Shown: in pieces, positions 25,149 to 39,077 of the stretch
Layout of the letters: the number at the start of each line of letters is the position of its first letter
How positions within the stretch are numbered: the stretch's first letter is position 1
DNA from: Vicugna vicugna
Lineage: Eukaryota
Assembly (NCBI GenBank): GCA_013265495.1
Contig: MU058463.1
Span: 2,193,523 to 2,257,522 of the forward strand
DNA length: 64,000 nucleotides
Direction: 5' to 3'
Notes under the pieces: model-generated
What the model saw: the letters and a program-made list of their open reading frames with translations, nothing else
What the model was told of the DNA's origin: nothing
The model's database searches: none
Position numbers and translations under genes: made by a program

Positions 25149-27113
25149 TAATAACTCAGTCTTTGACTGGTTTAAGCACTAGGAAGACAATGCCGTTGTG
25201 ACTACTGAAGCACACACAGATTCACTTTTTACAGTACTACGAAGGACACATCACTTTTATGGTACTTTTGAGGCGGAAAAAAAAAAAAGAAATGCATAAC
25301 TTGAATCTAATCATAAGGAAACATTAAATAAAACCAAATTGAAAGATATTCTACAAAACTCATGGCCAGTACTCTTCAGAAGAGTCAAAGGCATTAAGAA
25401 ACAAAGACAATTCTTATTGATCACTGGACTGAAGTTGTATATGTTAACACTTGGAAAAGCTAGGTGAAAGTTATAAGGCAATTGTACTATTTTTGCAACT
25501 TTTTTGTAAATTTGAAATTATTTCAAATTAAAAATGAAAACTTTAAAAAGTTTTTAAATTTAAAAAATGTTTCATACTTTGAAAATAAATGAAAATCATA
25601 AATAAATACACATGTAATACTAACATTAAGTACTTATTAATTTTTTGATCACAGAAGAATTCTCATTATACATAAATGCACCAGTTTTGACATACAGTAA
25701 GTTCCCAAATAATCAATTTCACTTTACTTAATTCTGAACTGCACAAAGGAAAATTTCTGCCTTATCTTCATGCAATTCTCTGTTTAAACTGTCAGCCATT
25801 GAGAAAAACATGGAGCCAACAATTTATTAATTATAAGACATTTCCACTAAATTAAAAGCAATGTGAGGACCAGAAAATTATTTTTCTTATAAACAGAACA
25901 AATTCAATAAAATTTAATACTTCACAAATATTATGAGTTTCTTAAAGTGTAGTTACAAGTCTTAGATGTTCCCTTTCTAGATTCATTTGCAATATGTAGT
26001 CCCATATAAAAGCTATATAGAAACACAGCTCTACATGAACAGAATAAGTCATCATCATATTGTTTTTCAGTGTTTGGTACCCAGATAACCTCTTTAAGAA
26101 CTGTTAACTTTTATGACTTGTCCATGTGAGGTGCCTGAAAGAACTTACTGAATAAAGATGCTCAGTATCACCGATCATTGGGGAAATGCAAATTAAACCA
26201 CAACTAGACACTACCACACAACTATCAGATTTCTAAAACCTTTAAAACTGTCAATACCAAATGCTGATGAGGATCAGAGAAACAGAACTCTCACTGCTGA
26301 TGAGGCGGTAGAATGGTACAGCCACTCTGGAAGACAGTTTGGCAAATTCTTACAAATCAGAATTAATGTTTTAAAACACCCTTCTAATTCTTTTTAAAGT
26401 TACATACAAATAACTTAATATCCATTTAATTATGGTCCCCTGAAGTCTAAAATGGAAATAATGAAGGTGATTAATTATTATGTAGCACGGTCAAGTGAAG
26501 ATTCACACAGGGTACAAAAGGCTAAACCTCAGAAGAATAGTCTTGAAAACAGAGTCCACTACATTTTTAAGCACTAGAGTTCAAGGTCATTTCCACAGAA
26601 TGTCAATTATCCAATGAACCAAATCTTAATCTATATAACTGACTTCTATTCCATCCTTTAAAAGAGAAAACCTGTTAAAAATAAGCTCAGACACAACAGG
26701 TTAGGCATGCCTGAGGCATTCTGCAGTGACACTTCGAGATTATGAGAAGCAAAAACATTATCAGTGGATACACACATTTCTTTCTTTACATTTTCTGAAC
26801 ATGAACTAGCACTTATCTTACCAAATTTAAGTGTAAACTGTTTTGGGGTGTTACATGTGGTAGGAGACTGAATCATAGACATTGAAAACAGAAGGAAAGA
26901 ATTAAACCAACAAAAGGTTTTAATTCAAATAGTCTTATTAATATTCACTGCAGTTTTATTTGTACAAATTACGTAATGTGAAATGCTTAAATTATAAACC
27001 ACATTAAGGAAAACAGATTTCTGAACCTTAGAAATAGACAATAAAATAGAATCTAGACCATAGCTATTAGTTTAAGGAGTATGGAAAATGCAGCAAGCTG
27101 CAATTTGCAGAAC

Positions 27114-27131
27114 AGCCACTAGATGGTAGTG
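27114..27131 (+). promoter_or_regulatory. Candidate CTCF-binding site in intron 4
   Basis: AGCCACTAGATGGTAGTG matches the core CCASYAGRKGGCRS with one mismatch. TGCAAT/TGCAG sits just upstream. Confidence 0.45.
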
Positions 27132-29040
27132 ATTACAAATAAATTTATACTCATTTAAGACAAATAAACTGAAGCACTGGCCAACAGCCTACCTGGAAAA
27201 ATGTTACCAGGAAATGAAGGTGAAAAGTAATTTATAACTTTATTCGTATAATATTAGTGCAATAGTTGTAAAATAGGAAGCATAAAGATGTAAGTTGCAG
27301 AAACATAATTTAGTAAAAAATGTAATAAAAGGCAGATAACTGATATTTATATTAAATATAAATATCTATATTCATATTAATATCCCACCCCTGGCCAAAA
27401 ATAAGGTCAACCAAGTGTAGAGATTATCATGCATTTACAATACTGGTGTCAGTGAAATGCTTTCAGATCTAAAAAATAAAGATTGAAAAGAAGATGGCAT
27501 GGTTAAATGAAATACAGAAATGGAGACATAATAACCAAATTCTGAGTAAAATAACTAGGTGGCATCAAATAATCTGTTTTTATTCCTAAAAAACAGGTTA
27601 TTTATATTACAAATAGTTACAATAAATTTAAATTTTTTCTTTTCCAATTAAGAGTTCTCAGAAGACATAACCATGAAATGGTTAATGTTTATGTTGCTCT
27701 TTTTGTAAAGAAAATATGTGGGAAGCCTGATATTAATATAAAGGATTACCAGTTGAACTAAAACTAAGAAAACAAGGTTCACTAGACTAGTAATACAAAA
27801 CCGAGTCATTTGTAGCCAAAGTGTTCCTTTCCTTTTCATCACATCCAGCATCATTTCTAACTACAAACTGTATCTAAAACCACAAGATATAAATATTGCA
27901 CATACATTAATTATCTGGTTGCCAACCTGAATATAATTCACTAATTCTGAAGAGAAAAATATGTCTGCCTACCCTTCCACCCACACATCTCTGAGCGATT
28001 ATCTACTTCTCTTCAGCAGGTGGAATGAAGGAACAAAAGGGAGAAAGAAACCATTGCAAAATGGAGGAAAAATTAAGTGAATTCTCAGATGCAAAAGTAA
28101 CTCAATTCAGGAAGTATATACTTTCTATATTTTCTATTTTTAAAGTTGAATGCGGTACTTTAAATAAGTAAAATATTCCTCAGTTTTATTGTCAAAATGA
28201 ACTTTACAATTAAAATTAATTAAATCAGCATTCTATTAAAGAAGGTATGAAAGCTTCATCATTTAACCAGGTTGAGGGCAGAAATTAACTGTATCATAAT
28301 CTAATAAATTTATTTACTTGAAAATTGGGTTTCCAAAACTGATTTTTGCAGTTTCAAAGTTTGAGTGTCATAATACCATTTACTGAGTGTGCTATGTGCT
28401 AATCCCTGTTATGAACTGAAATAATGAAGACTGTAACACAGTCTTCCCACAAGTAGCTTAAGTCTACTCTATAAGGTCAAACATTAAATTAAGAATGTTG
28501 GAAAATGTTAAAAAATATTCCTTAGGTTTCTGGTCTTCTAATTACTGACCATTCATCCCCAAATAAAACACTTTCATATTTTTGTGTCTCAGATCACAGT
28601 GTTCCAGTTGCCCAAAACGTCTCCTTTTCCAACCCTTCCTCCTACTTAAAGACGCTCAAATGGAAATTCTCTGCCCCCAAAGCAGAATTTATCACTTCAT
28701 TATACATGCTCCTATAACAGTGAATGGACATGCAGCACTTCACGTGAAATGCAGAAACACATTTCGCTTTAAATATGCTTATAGGTATCTCTCTACACTC
28801 AGTGTCTAGCATAACGATTGTAATACAAAGTCACCTGGTAAGTGCTTGATAAATTCTAGGATTAGTATTGTAACATATGATCACACTTACTTCAGTATCA
28901 GGAGCAATTTACATTTTAAACAAGGTAGACACACATTGACAGTACCTGCCTTTCTTCACTATCTGTTACTTTAAATACACAAACAGCCAATATATGCAAC
29001 AACAACAACAAAAAAAAGTTTGGAAGTGAAAAGCACTTAC

Positions 29041-29134
29041 TGAAAAATGCCAGCATGAAAATCCCGTCATTCCCCACTCTGAGCTGGTCCGGATCACTGA
29101 AGTCATCTCTTGGTGGACACTCTTCCTCCTGAAT
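29041..29134 (-). CDS. NDFIP2: NDFIP2 coding exon 4 (94 nt): IQEEECPPRDDFSDPDQLRVGNDGIFMLAFF
   Basis: Acceptor gtttcgcag|ATT and donor TCA|gtaagt. Visible in ORF 28916..29152. Contains the NDFIP-family GNDGIF motif at the start of TM1. Confidence 0.97.
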
Positions 29135-29686
29135 CTGCGAAACATGTAACATGAGAGGAGCTCACTAAGCTAATTACAACTTTATTATCTTAAGTGTAAA
29201 GATAAAAATTTAAGTAAAATCCAATGTCCTCAATTTATCACACAGACAAAATGAGACAATGAGTAGAATGTCTGGCATGCAATAAGTATTCAAAAAACAT
29301 CAGCAAATATTCAATATTCGTGGGCACCCTTGAAAAGAGTAACTTAAAAGGTAAACATAAAAGATAAAAAGTGAGTAACACTGAACTAACGAAATCATGA
29401 AAGATGGATGGGACTGCTGCATTAGTATCAAATGGAAAGAGGAGTTTTCATAATCAATGGTAGACTTTACACTGGCCCATCTGTGGTTGGCAATTTGGCA
29501 ATATTTATCCAAAATAAAAAGTATGCATCCTCTGACACAGCAATTCCAGCTCTTCAAGTATAATGTACAAAAATACACATATATTCTCACTTAGAAGAAA
29601 TGACGTATTAAAGATAACTCATTACAGCAATGTTAGTAAGGGCAAAGAAATAGACACAATCTAAGTGCCCTTTAACAGTGGACTAC

Positions 29687-30124
29687 TGTTGGGAGATAAT
29701 TCTCCACGAGTTTTTTACCTTTCAGTGTGTCTTCCAGGTAGAGGCATAGGCTGCCTTTTTTCTGTACCATCTTTTCAAGGATTTTTATATAGCAGATGGC
29801 TTTGGGAGAGAGAGATAGTATCTCTCTGCAGAGCAGAGATGTAGGCAGGCTTATTTACCATTAGGGAATACTGGATTCCCTTTACTCAGGGTTTCACACT
29901 GAGTATAGAGGCACACTTGTCCCTCTTTGAGTTGTGCTGTGGGACCTGAGGCTCGGGAAACTGGTATGAGAAAATGCTAATACCCTGTCTACTACTACTG
30001 CTGCGAATATTAAAGTTTTCTGACCCAGCAGCCTTGTTTTCTGTGAGCATCCACAAAACCGTGACAAGCTAATCAGTTAGCTTGCAAGTAGGGTAAAATC
30101 TCAGACCGTTTATAATTCTTGACA
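29687..30124 (+). mobile_element. ERV-type solo LTR inserted in an old L1 fragment (~29480-30340)
   Basis: TG..CA termini (tgttgggagataattctcc.. / ..ttcttgaca) and an internal attaaa signal. Flanked on both sides by continuous degenerate L1 3' sequence. Confidence 0.6.
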
Positions 30125-31296
30125 AACCAATGAAATCAATTATTGTATATCTAAAACAATGAAATTCAAACATCAATGTAAAAATTTTTAAATAGAACAA
30201 AAAAGTTTGTCATAGTCTAATGACAATCTCCAAAATGTATTCAGTGAAAATTGTTTGTATAGTACAATACTTTTGTGTAAAAAATAACATACAAATGTAT
30301 TAACGCAGTTGCTTGTAAATGTAGAAACACTTCTCTGAAAGTACATAGTGTTTTAAGCAGATGGATAAACCAGTGCCCAGGTCCTAAGATAGAATCATAC
30401 CTGGCATGTTAGAGAAATAGCAAGGAGGCTAACATGGGTGAATCAGAGGGAATAAGAGAAAACAGAAAGAAATAAGGCCAGAGAGTCCCCTGAAGGACCT
30501 GGATTTTACTGAGTGAACTGGGAGGTCTTACAGAGTTTTGATCAAATGAATGACGTGACCTGATTTACAAATAGATTACCTCCATGTCACACATAATCTC
30601 AATTGGATCTTAATGTTTCAGTTCTGTGCTGGTACACACAGAGGCTCAGAGAAGCTAAGTGCTCTGCCCAAGATCACATAATTAGTTAGGTCAAGGCAGG
30701 ACTTGAATCTAGGATTCCAACCTTCTCTCCATTCAGTCACAGTATTCTCACTACGTATGTTGTGAGAAAAGACTTTCGAAACCATATTGCTCATAATTTA
30801 CAAAAAAGATCCCTTAAACTCTGCAATTATATATCCTAGGAAACCCTCATACAGTGACTGGCAATTATTAAATACATACTAATAAAAGTTTGTATTATTT
30901 CAAGCTAATTCTAGAAATAAACATTAAAGCACAGTATGAACCCCCCAGAAACACTGTCAATATGATGGCAAGAATATAAATATTTCATACTGTTTTGAAA
31001 CTTACCAGCCCAACAGATTTTATCATAGGACATCATTTTTAAAAAGACAGAAGACATGTCCCTCAAAGCATAAACACTGGAAAACACACACACACTTGAA
31101 AAGAATCATTGTTCACTAGAGAGGAACAGCCACTATATTATATTCATTTCACAGAAGTTCATGCAAACATTAACAGAAAAACATTTACATGAAATGCTTC
31201 AAAAATAAAATATGATATCTATGCAATAATTTCAATTACATTAAACACTGACTTATAAACCCTAAAATTGACTAAAAAATTGTTTAAAACGAAGCA

Positions 31297-31756
31297 ATGT
31301 ACATTTGCAGCAACATAGATAGAGCTGGAGATCATCATTCTAAGTGAAGTAAGGCAGAAAGAGAAAGAAAAATACCATATGATATCGCTCATATGTGGAA
31401 TCTTAAAAAAAAAAAAGGCACTAATGAACTTACTTACAAAACAGAAACAGACTCACAGAGATAGAAAACAAACTTATGGTTATTGGGGGGGGAAGTGGAG
31501 TGGGAAGGGATAAGTTGGGAGTTCGAGATTTGCAGATACTAACTAGCACATATAAAATAGATAAACGATAAGTTTATACTGTATAGCATAGGGAACTATA
31601 TTCAACATTTAGTAGTAACCTCTAATAAAAAGTATGAAAAGGAATATATGTGTGTATATGTAAGACTGAAACATTATGCTGTATAGCAGAAATTGATACA
31701 ACTTTATAAACTGACTATACCTCAATAAAATAAATTAAATAAAAATAAAAATAAAA
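31297..31756 (+). mobile_element. L1 3' end (ORF2 terminus and 3' UTR) with TSD
   Basis: catttgcagcaacatagat..ctaagtgaagtaaggcagaaagagaaagaaaaataccatatgatat, then an (AAAAT)n tail. TSD taaaacgaagca / taaaatgaagca. Confidence 0.92.
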
Positions 31757-31876
31757 TAAAATGAAGCACTGAAATAGAACAACTGTGGTATTTCTTTTCT
31801 CTAATTTCCCACATTGGCTAATTTAAAGAAAGCATTCATTAACTTAATTAACTGCTACTTATTAAACACCAAGATA

Positions 31877-31912
31877 ATAATAGCTAGGTGCCAGATAATA
31901 GCTAGGTGCTAG
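31877..31912. repeat. 18-bp tandem duplication
   Basis: ataatagctaggtgccag / ataatagctaggtgctag. Confidence 0.9.
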
Positions 31913-32859
31913 AAATATAAACACAAGGTCCTTGTTCTGGAGTTGCTCACAGTTTATCAAGTGCTAGCTTTCATGCCAAAAGATAAAAGTTACTGACACA
32001 CAATTTTAAACAAGGTACAAAAAAACCAGACTCCACACACTGTAAGGTTATAAGGTGAGACTAAGAGTTTTATAAAGTGAATTGCATAAAATTCAAATAT
32101 TTTTATAGAAATATTAAAAGTGAGTAATTCATTTCTGCAGATCTGTTGAATCGTCACATAATCATACCTGCAACTCTATACATTAGAAATAAGAAGCAGG
32201 AGAAACAGTATTGTCTCCAAGTCTCCTGGCTACCTGTATTCCCCCATTGAGACTGGAATTAAGAAATAAACTTTCAGCTCATCCAGCTGAGATTCATTTA
32301 CGACTGAATGTACCCAAACGCAGAGGTTTTCTGTTTTGTTCTTGTTTTTTGAATCTGAGTCAGGTACAGAAACTCATATTCAATCATCCTTTGCAGAAAG
32401 AGGGGGCTGGAGCACTGGGATAGAAAGTGACGAATCTGAGAGATTTTTTTTACAAGGACCTAAGTTAGCCTTTTGTGTACAACTCTTGGTGGTTTTCCAT
32501 AAAATTTTCCATAATCCTCGCAAGCAAGAGTTACAATAATATGAGAAACAAGTACAAGAAGTACATTCTTCTTTATGGGTATGTTCCAGTTCATGCTAGG
32601 GGTCACATTACTTTCTAAAACAAGACACTGGAAATGATGCTAGCGAAGGTTTTACCAGAAACCCTTTCAGAGTTTTCCCTCCAAAAGGTAAAATCACCTT
32701 TATGCTTATCTTAAAGCACAGAATAAGACTTAATGCTTCCTACTTTCTCTTTAAAGCTCCACCCTATTGTGTGGAAGTTAGGGCAGCAGAGGACCCAAGG
32801 TCCTCAACATTCTTTAAGGAGCCTGACACGCTCCGTGAGAAAAGGGGTTACAGTTCTGT

Positions 32860-32910
32860 GTCTACACGAGAGTGTGTGTGCGTCTACACGAGAGTGTGTG
32901 TCTGTCTACA
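32860..32910. repeat. 22-bp minisatellite, 2.3 copies
   Basis: gtctacacgagagtgtgtgtgc / gtctacacgagagtgtgtgtct / gtctaca. Confidence 0.9.
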
Positions 32911-34314
32911 AACACATGTACAGACACATAGGCGCCAAGCACTCTACAGCTGACTGTGACAGAAACGCCATGTCTTCTAGATCCACCCTCCTTCTCTAGA
33001 CTCCCCGCGTCCAGCATCAAAAATCCTTACTGACTGAGCAATATTTACACCCCCGTCTTACCAGGGACTTACTCCCCCACGGAGGGAAAAGGCAGAAATA
33101 ATAAATTTGAGATTTATGTCTTTATTTCTGTGCCCAAGTCTATTTATGTTCACGATTACCTGTGTGTGGTCGACGATGAAAGCGCGAGCGGGTATGGAGA
33201 GGGCTGAGGTTAATGGGAGAAACCCATTTAGGAAAAAAGCTCACCTCTCAGATAATCCGTGCACTGGGCTCTGGCCTGACAGTGGCAAGAGGAGAATGCT
33301 GCTCATACAAACACCCTTCTCGCCCTCTGCCCCTCACCTAAGTCTAGCTGTCCTGTTCAAAGTGGTATTTTTGTGTCTTTTCCCTGAACAAAATGGGACG
33401 AATCCAGAATTTTAAATGACATCTCCAAAGTGTAAATCAAGAAAACAAGGCAATGAACCCTAGTCCTGTTTGCAGCCACACTGAAACCTAAGTAATGTCC
33501 ACCTTTCATCCAGCTGTAGACTAGCACGCATCCATCTCATGGACTCCCCACTGCTGAGACATACACTCCTTTTACCAGGACAAGAAATAGCATACATGTA
33601 TGTCACCAGCTCTGTTACTAAGACAGGAAGATAAGGGGAAAGGGCAGTGGAGTCCTTGATCATCTTTTCCAAATTCTAGGGTAGGATGTGGTAAAAGGAC
33701 TGAAATAAAGCGAATTGACAAACATAATTTGAAGGCCTTGTAACTTACTTCTCTGTGTTTTTAACCTACCTTGAGTTCATTCATAGAGTCACTAGACTGG
33801 CTATGCTAAAATATAAAACATGAATAGAAAAAAGAATGACTTGTGATTATAGTCATGGACCACAGAATCTCAGCTATAAAAGGAGAGAAATATATAAGGA
33901 AATATGTAAGGTGGGAAATATATAAGGACACTGACAGGGACGAGGTTGATGGTGTGGGGTAACTAGAGTGAGGGAGTCAGAAGGATGAGGGGGGTGAAGG
34001 TCAGCGCGTGAGATGCCTGAAATCAAGATTTAGGAAGTGATAAATGACTGGTAAAGATAACATGCAGGATGACCATAAGCTAAGACAGGGTGCAGGGGAA
34101 GGTAACAGAAATGGAAATGAGAAGGACAAGGAATGCAGAAGGTGAATTTAACTAGGAGAGTGCCCACTTCACCACAAAATGATGACACAAATAAGTAGTA
34201 GTGGAGAAAATACCCCCCCCCCAAAAAAAGCACAGAGGACTACTTTCGATATTACTAAATGTTCATATCAATTAACACGGTGCCGTTCTCACGGAAACCA
34301 TGGCAGTGTCTTAC

Positions 34315-34448
34315 TCTTTGAGATGCTTCTGCGGCCGCAGCGGCCATTGCAGCAGCTTTGGCTTTCTCCGCTTCATCATACGTAGGAAGCGAGGTAGCAA
34401 CACTGTAAGGAGGTGGCACAGGATAAAACTCACTGTAAACTTCCGTAT
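34315..34448 (-). CDS. NDFIP2: NDFIP2 coding exon 3 (134 nt): (D)TEVYSEFYPVPPPYSVATSLPTYDEAEKAKAAAMAAAAAEASQR
   Basis: Acceptor ttttcttcag|AT and donor AGA|gtaag. Encodes the second PPPY and the LPTY WW-binding motifs. Confidence 0.97.
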
Positions 34449-36986
34449 CTGAAGAAAAAGATTAGAAAAACATAACCATTAAAAGAAACTAATATAATTT
34501 CTATAGCCAAAATAGAATTTAATAATTTATAAAATGCCACAAAGGACCATTACTGCCGTTTGCAGCCCCCTGTTATAAGCCGTGCAACATATAAATTACT
34601 ACTGCACTGTATATATTATTTTAGTTCTAAACACATTATCAAGAGAAAGAACTGATAAATATCATTTAAAGGCTGATCTACAAAACAGGAACATCAAGAA
34701 TGAGATTCTCAAAATCTGTGTAAGACAAAGGAGGTAAGAAACACCACAGACAAGCATCCTCCACGTGCCTATTTCTATGCTCAGATAATTTATTTGCCCA
34801 TAATTTCACAGCCAAAAAAGTTAAAATATCAGGATAAATGTGACAAACACGGATATAGTACTAGACATTTACTACACCACTTCTCTGTACATTAAACTCA
34901 GCAACTCTGAGGTTCAGAAAAGTGAAGTGATTTGCGCAGTGTCAATGACCAGTAAGTGGCAGAACCCATGAATTTCCTGACTCCAAACACTTAGTTCTAA
35001 TAATATATGAGGTTAATTTTTCTACACATCAGTTTTAGCAACTCCTAGGCAAACTATTTCTCTTCACTAAAAGATTTGATCATTTTTAACTTTTTTTTCA
35101 CTTTTGTCTTTTCTCCTCCCATTTTTCCTACATCTACCTAGTTCTTTAAATTTTCTTTTTATGCAGTGTTTCTTCCTCCCCAATTTTTAAGCTATTTTTG
35201 AAATATGATCTCCAGAAATATATTACAATATTAAGTACAGACTGCTTATTTTAAAAAAAACTGCATCACTGCCAACTTTGGTATAAGTAAAATAATACAC
35301 ACAGGTCAATCAACTGCCTAGACTTACGCTAGAATCACTGACATAAAAAACAGATTCTAAAAGTAGTCCACACCACAATGTTTGACATCACTTCTGTGAT
35401 TTCCTCTATTATAACTATAGTATTTTTACATTTTCTACATTGGTTTATAATTTTATCTATCTTTATCAGAATTTTTTGCACATTCAACATGAAAGTACAC
35501 TGCACTCTAGCTATACTTTTTCAATTGTGTTTTAATGTATATAGGTGAGCTTTTTTATTAAGTTTTTTTTTTAATGCTACCAATAAGAGCTAATGATCTA
35601 AAGTTAGGCAACTTTTACTCTAATGACAGGCAGTGGTAGTGGCAGTGTAAGACTGAATGTTCTCCACCAAAAGGCACAAGAGTCAAATTCTTAGAAAAGA
35701 CTTACTATTAGGATGTAAAAACACTGTACACAGTTAAGTAAATAGATTTCTAGTTCTGAAGACTAGAGCAGAAGCAAAATTTTAGGAAAAACAATTAGTA
35801 TGAATTTTAAGGCAGTAATATTAAAATGATAAATTTTAAAAATGGGAACAATCACATATGGTATCCAAGGAGTTGAGATCCTTTACATTAAAAACATTAA
35901 TGTAAACATTACAGATATGTAAGTTTTTGAAAAGTGTTAACATCCAAGATAGAAAAAATTTCCCCACCAGGAACAGGTGAAAGTTGGAAATGAACACCTT
36001 TAATTTTCACTTGTTAATTTTACTTATTTTTCTTCTTCCCTTTAAGGCAGTGGTTGGTTCTCACCACAGATTTAAAGTCTGGGGTGCTCCAATCCCAGCT
36101 CCTCTTCTTAGAGGAGTTGTGTGCCTCAAGCAAATCACTGAAGCACTATGAAGTTCCACTTTCTCATCCAGATTGCTGACCCAGCAAGGCTTTAACTTGC
36201 TGTTATGGGGTAGAATGGAAGAGTATTCAAGGGGACTCTGTAAACTGAGGCATTATACCAATGTCAACTGATGTTGCTCAGATCTATAAAATCAGCCATA
36301 AAGTGACCAACTGAAGAATATAATCAGCACAGAAAACCAGCACTGTCCATGCCTAAAACATAACAAGACTAAGAAGCTGAAGAAAAATAGTATAAATAGT
36401 TTAAACAGAGAAACAAAATTCCAGAATTACTCAGTCCTTGTGCTCAATTATACTCAGGAACGCAAAAAAATTAAAGACCAGGAATCACAGAGAAGAATGT
36501 GAGAATAAATGAACAGCTAGGTACCAGGCTCCACTTGTCTTACAGCTGAAAGGTACCTGACCTTTAAAAGTGTCATGCTGCATGACCAAAACTGCTCCAG
36601 GCCACAGAAAAATGAGATGCTTCTCAACTCATTTTATGCTGCCTCCATAATATTAACACCAAAACCAGAAAGACAGTGCCTAAAGTCATAGGTCATATTA
36701 ATAAAGCTAAAAAAAAAACCTCTAAGTAAAATATTAATAAATCTAAATCCAAGAGAGATGGTGATGACAAACAGCATTTATTCCAAGAATGTAGGGATAG
36801 ATTAGCTTAAGGAAGAAATCTGTTAATAACATTTTATTATGACAAAAATTGAAGAAAAACCATGTAGTTTTATAAGGTACCAAAAAGATGGTTCCAAGGT
36901 TCCTGGCCTGCTGGAGCCATTTACTGAAATGGGGAAGACCGTCAGAGGAGAAGGCCCGGTGGTGGAGGAAGACGCAACACGTGGTT

Positions 36987-37490
36987 GTGGTGGTTTTAAA
37001 GCATAGTCTATTTTTTGAAACTCTTCCCATGAAGAGGTGGAGACTAATTCCTCAACAGTCTTGAACAAAGATTAAATGACTCACTTCCAACGAACTAAAT
37101 GTGGCAGATGTGACATAATTTGAAGCAATGTCCTAAAAGGTGACACAGACTCCATCTGGCTTTCTCACGGAATACATGTTCCTAGAACCCAGCCTCCATT
37201 CAGTGAGGAGCCTAGGCCCCAACAAGAGACACACACAGCTGTGTGGGCCAACAGCCTCAGCAGAGGCCCGAGCCAAAGCCCTGGCAACACCACACCAAAC
37301 ATGTGAGTAAGGAAGCCTGCAAATGCCTCCAGTCCTAGTCACCACCGGACAACAGTCACATAAGCCTCAGGGAGGGAACTTCATAACTGAGCCCCGTTCA
37401 CCCCCTAAACCACAAGAATTAATAATAATAAATCACTATTTTACTCCTTTAGGTGTGAGGTAATCTGTTACACAGAAATAGCAATAGGAG
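36987..37490 (+). mobile_element. Old MaLR LTR (MLT1-type)
   Basis: tgtggtggttttaaa start, internal MLT1-like motifs and a ..taatctgttacacagaaatag end. Confidence 0.55.
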
Positions 37491-38180
37491 CCACAACAAA
37501 GGGACTGCAATTTCACTCTTAGTATCTTCCATCATGTAATGGTTAATGTAGCATTACTGGGAAACACAAACTGCAGTCAGAGAAACAGATGAGGGCAGTT
37601 CTTTAGAATGACCTGAAAGGGTGAGATGAACACTAGCAAGCAGTAATCACTGCCTTGTATCCAAGAACTATTACCATGTGTAGGGTAACATTAGGTGTCA
37701 TCCTTCACCTCCATTCACACACACCACTCTCCCACTCAGATTCATCACTAATAACACCTTGTTTTATGACTATGTAAGTATATGCACACACACACACACA
37801 CACATATGGGAGTATTTATATATGCATATGTGTGTATATGTATATACACGTATGAATATGTATGTATCTCTACGTTTGTTTATTTCTTACAAAAGTTACA
37901 TGGCTAGTCCACTGGGAATGGAGTCTAGTGAGCATAAGAAAGTTTTAACAGCTACACTTTTAAATTAATTTTTAAAACAACAATGAGACAAGTAATATAT
38001 GAAGTTAGTATTTCATAAATTGTCTTTGGAAAAAATGTTTTTTAAAAACCATAAAACCAAAGAAGCCTATTAATAAGACTGGGTAATTACACAAAACCAT
38101 ACTGGTAAAAACAAAACAAAACAAAAAAACTGAGTTATTAAAATACATTACTAGTTGCTTCAAGCTAGAAACAACAGTAC

Positions 38181-38346
38181 CTGAAGTTGTAGGTACTTCC
38201 ACAGTAATACTACTGTAGGGTGGAGGAGAAGAGTCAGTTTCAAGCCCCGATGCGGAGGGAGCAGGCTGCCCAGTCGGTGGTGTGGGGTTGGAAGTTGATG
38301 GCTGCTCTACAGCGGATGAGTCTGAATTATCCTCTTCATTGTGAAG
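38181..38346 (-). CDS. NDFIP2: NDFIP2 coding exon 2 (166 nt): LHNEEDNSDSSAVEQPSTSNPTPPTGQPAPSASGLETDSSPPPYSSITVEVPTTS
   Basis: Acceptor ttgttctcttag|CTTCAC and donor TCAG|gtactg. The translation matches NDFIP2 as I recall it, including the first PPxY motif (PPPY). Phase is consistent with the next exon. Confidence 0.96.
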
Positions 38347-38679
38347 CTAAGAGAACAACGGGAAAAAGAATATATTAATGTAAATTTTTTTTAATTTTTA
38401 AAGATCATTTCAGGCGAAGAATCATTTTTCAGCTAAAAACAAGGTAAAAATAGCATTTAAAAGATGAATGAACTTTTTAACAGACAATCAGTTATTAAGA
38501 AGTTTAGAATTTTGATAGTTTCTTTACAATAAAGATGAAGCTCAAATTGTTAGGAAATGATAGAGAAAAAAAAATTCATGATTACAAATAGATTCAAGTT
38601 CAATCAGTCCTACTTTGTGATGAGACAAAATTGTATTTAAGGCAAGTCAAGAAAAATGTAACATAATATGTCCTCTGCC

Positions 38680-39077
38680 ATTTGAGGCACCACCCCCTCT
38701 CGTTTAGTGTTCACTGGGCATCTGCGTTATACATTAACTAGGTCCCCTTAGAACACACAGGAATGCCTACTCATCCAAAAAAAGCAATTTCCATCTGGTG
38801 CCAACAAGGTAACTCTGTAGAAGATAACGTTCCTTTCTGAATCCTATAAGGAGTCACAATGACCCAAGACTCACCTTATTTAACTAAGTAAACTCTCAGT
38901 ATGTTACTTTGAGGTATAACCCTTTGTCTCAAAACCTTACACAACTGTGCCTTGGCCTCTAATACAACAGCTCTCAGAACTTCTGAAAGACTGTCTCTTG
39001 GGTTACCATCTTCAGACTGGCTCGAACAAAAATTTCCACTTTTCTTAAAGTAACTACTGATTAATTTTTCATCAACA
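38680..39077 (+). mobile_element. ERV1-type LTR remnant (MER34/MER39-like)
   Basis: Shares the 3' motifs (cagctctcagaact..gactgtctcttggg.., ends tcaaca) with the LTR at ~41850-42236. Confidence 0.5.
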
